From: Candidatus Omnitrophota bacterium
Lineage (GTDB): Bacteria; Omnitrophota; Gorgyraeia; 1-14-0-20-64-10
Direction: 5' to 3'
NCBI GenBank assembly: GCA_023248155.1
Contig: JAHFFE010000008.1
Location: 6,515 to 70,514 of the forward strand
Length of the DNA: 64,000 nt
The notes under the pieces were generated by a model. That model was given only the letters and a program-made list of their open reading frames with translations, was not told the DNA's origin and did no database searches. Of this stretch, positions 63,119 through 64,000 are shown in pieces; positions within the stretch are counted from its first letter, which is position 1; the number at the start of each line of letters is the position of its first letter. The position numbers and the translations under genes were made by a program.

Positions 63119-63619
63119 TTATTTAAAAAATCTTGTAAATAAATAGACAAAAATAAAAAATACAATGCCCATCCAAAAATACTCTGACCATCGAAAGTCA
63201 AAAAGTATCCAAGAATTGCTCTCGAACATTTTCCCTTTACAATAGGATTCAATTTCAAATTTCGCATTTTGAAAAGCCGAACTATTCCCAGAAAAGAAAG
63301 GATCTATGATGAGCCACCAGTTATCATTTGGATACAAGAGTGTTCGGCTATCCAAACAGACACTCTTATCCAGGCATCTTAGTCTCAGTTTATAAAAACG
63401 TTGACGAACTCCAGCAGGTACAAAGGGTTCTATTTGGCGCAATTCAATTTGCACCACATCTTCCCACCGTGTAAATTTTCCATTATGGGTAAAACCATCG
63501 TTTCGTAAACGTATTTTTTCTATAAAAAATAAAAGTCCTAGAAAACGCTCACCTAAAATAGTTTCATGATCCATGATGTTCTTTTTTGGTAAGGCCGAAG
63601 GCAGATCGAAAGAATCCAT
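63119..63619 (-). CDS. Small hypothetical protein (166 aa) with a C-terminal TM helix, encoded in an anomalously AT-rich ~500 bp island.
   Basis: The ORF is on the - strand. Local GC is ~30% against ~57% for the rest of the window. The C-terminus YFWMGIVFFIFVYLFTRFFK is hydrophobic. I recognise no family. Confidence 0.4.
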   Translation of the reverse strand: MDSFDLPSALPKKNIMDHETILGERFLGLLFFIEKIRLRNDGFTHNGKFTRWEDVVQIELRQIEPFVPAGVRQRFYKLRLRCLDKSVCLDSRTLLYPNDNWWLIIDPFFSGNSSAFQNAKFEIESYCKGKMFESNSWILFDFRWSEYFWMGIVFFIFVYLFTRFFK

Positions 63620-63632
63620 TAGGAGGGAGGGG

Positions 63633-64000
63633 CTATTTCCACTGGGCCGTGAGCTGCGTCCAGATGCGGACTTCTTCGCTGTTCACATCGGCCGTTTCGG
63701 AGTCTGCATCCCAGCGGTATTCGCCGGAGACATCGAATTTCCATTGCTTAAAGATTTCATAGCCCATCGTCAGCCGGCTGACAACCAGGTGATGGTTCTC
63801 AAGGTCATTGGAAAGGTTGGTCAGGTGATAGTTCGCGCTCGGCGTGATCGTGAGCCGGCGCGTTTTCTTCCAGGTATGCAGCGTGTACGGCCAGAAAAAC
63901 CCGGCATCGTACGCGCTTCCGGTGTGTGCCGCGAGGTTCGGCGTTCCTTCACGGTTGGCCCAGCGCCCCTTAAAGTAAGTGTAGCCCAGCGTTAAGTTGG
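63633..64000 (-). CDS. 3' end of a - strand gene (partial, continues beyond the window) encoding a beta-strand-rich C-terminus, possibly an outer-membrane beta-barrel protein.
   Basis: The - strand frame is open to the window edge and ends with TAG (complement of 63633-63635). The translation ...NYHLTNLSNDLENHHLVVSRLTMGYEIFKQWKFDVSGEYRWDADSETADVNSEEVRIWTQLTAQWK has alternating hydrophobic/polar residues with an aromatic at the penultimate position. The track shows no ORF here because no in-window Met exists. Confidence 0.4.
   Translation of the reverse strand, partial: NLTLGYTYFKGRWANREGTPNLAAHTGSAYDAGFFWPYTLHTWKKTRRLTITPSANYHLTNLSNDLENHHLVVSRLTMGYEIFKQWKFDVSGEYRWDADSETADVNSEEVRIWTQLTAQWK

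Noticed and set aside
1-64000. CRISPR arrays, IS elements/transposases, integrases and prophage genes.
   Set aside because: No regularly spaced direct repeats are present, and no recognisable transposase, integrase or phage structural signatures occur in any frame. The only repeats are the short palindromic terminator hairpins and the paralogous 3' gene ends.

Overview
The window is a 64 kb, fairly GC-rich (roughly 55-58%) bacterial segment in which almost all coding capacity lies on the + strand in a single co-directional array, with no rRNA, tRNA, CRISPR array or transposase/integrase evident.

- **1-51.6 kb, giant-protein locus.** It holds: (i) the 3' 22.7 kb of a giant gene (at least 7,569 codons), open from base 1 with no in-window start, with an embedded P-loop NTPase core; (ii) a 4,165-aa giant polytopic membrane protein carrying a block of about 16 TM helices plus a second TM cluster; (iii) three paralogous 1,400-1,730 aa proteins; and (iv) a roughly 690-aa signal-peptide protein. 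The paralogs share a signal peptide plus TM anchor, a Pro-rich spacer, a coiled-coil region and conserved N- and C-modules. All six of these proteins end in a related ~120-130 aa C-terminal domain. In two neighbouring genes the last ~70 nt of this domain are nearly identical (a 50-nt run is exact). I read this array as a candidate undescribed multi-component envelope or secretion-type system built around giant proteins.

- **51.7-57.6 kb, secreted-protein operon.** Five translationally coupled or closely spaced genes for signal-peptide proteins. They are built from a repeated ~110-aa beta-sandwich (CBM-like) module present in five copies, two glycoside-hydrolase-like TIM-barrel domains (DGIHxD motif) and a CBM9-like domain.

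- **57.6-62.5 kb, small accessory genes.** A TPR plus two-PDZ protein, a 2TM-HAMP protein and a TSP3-like Ca-binding repeat protein. These are followed by nagB (glucosamine-6-P deaminase, with a textbook sigma70 promoter) and a 649-aa beta-helix-like protein.

- **62.5-64 kb, window end.** A tandem-hairpin terminator, a ~500 nt hairpin-rich ORF-free stretch (possible structured RNA), an anomalously AT-rich ~500 bp island encoding a small membrane-anchored protein on the - strand, and the 3' end of a - strand gene for a putative outer-membrane beta-barrel.

- **Recurring motif.** A 12-nt motif, ATGGCATAYTTA, occurs three times, each time in an intergenic region upstream of a + strand gene.
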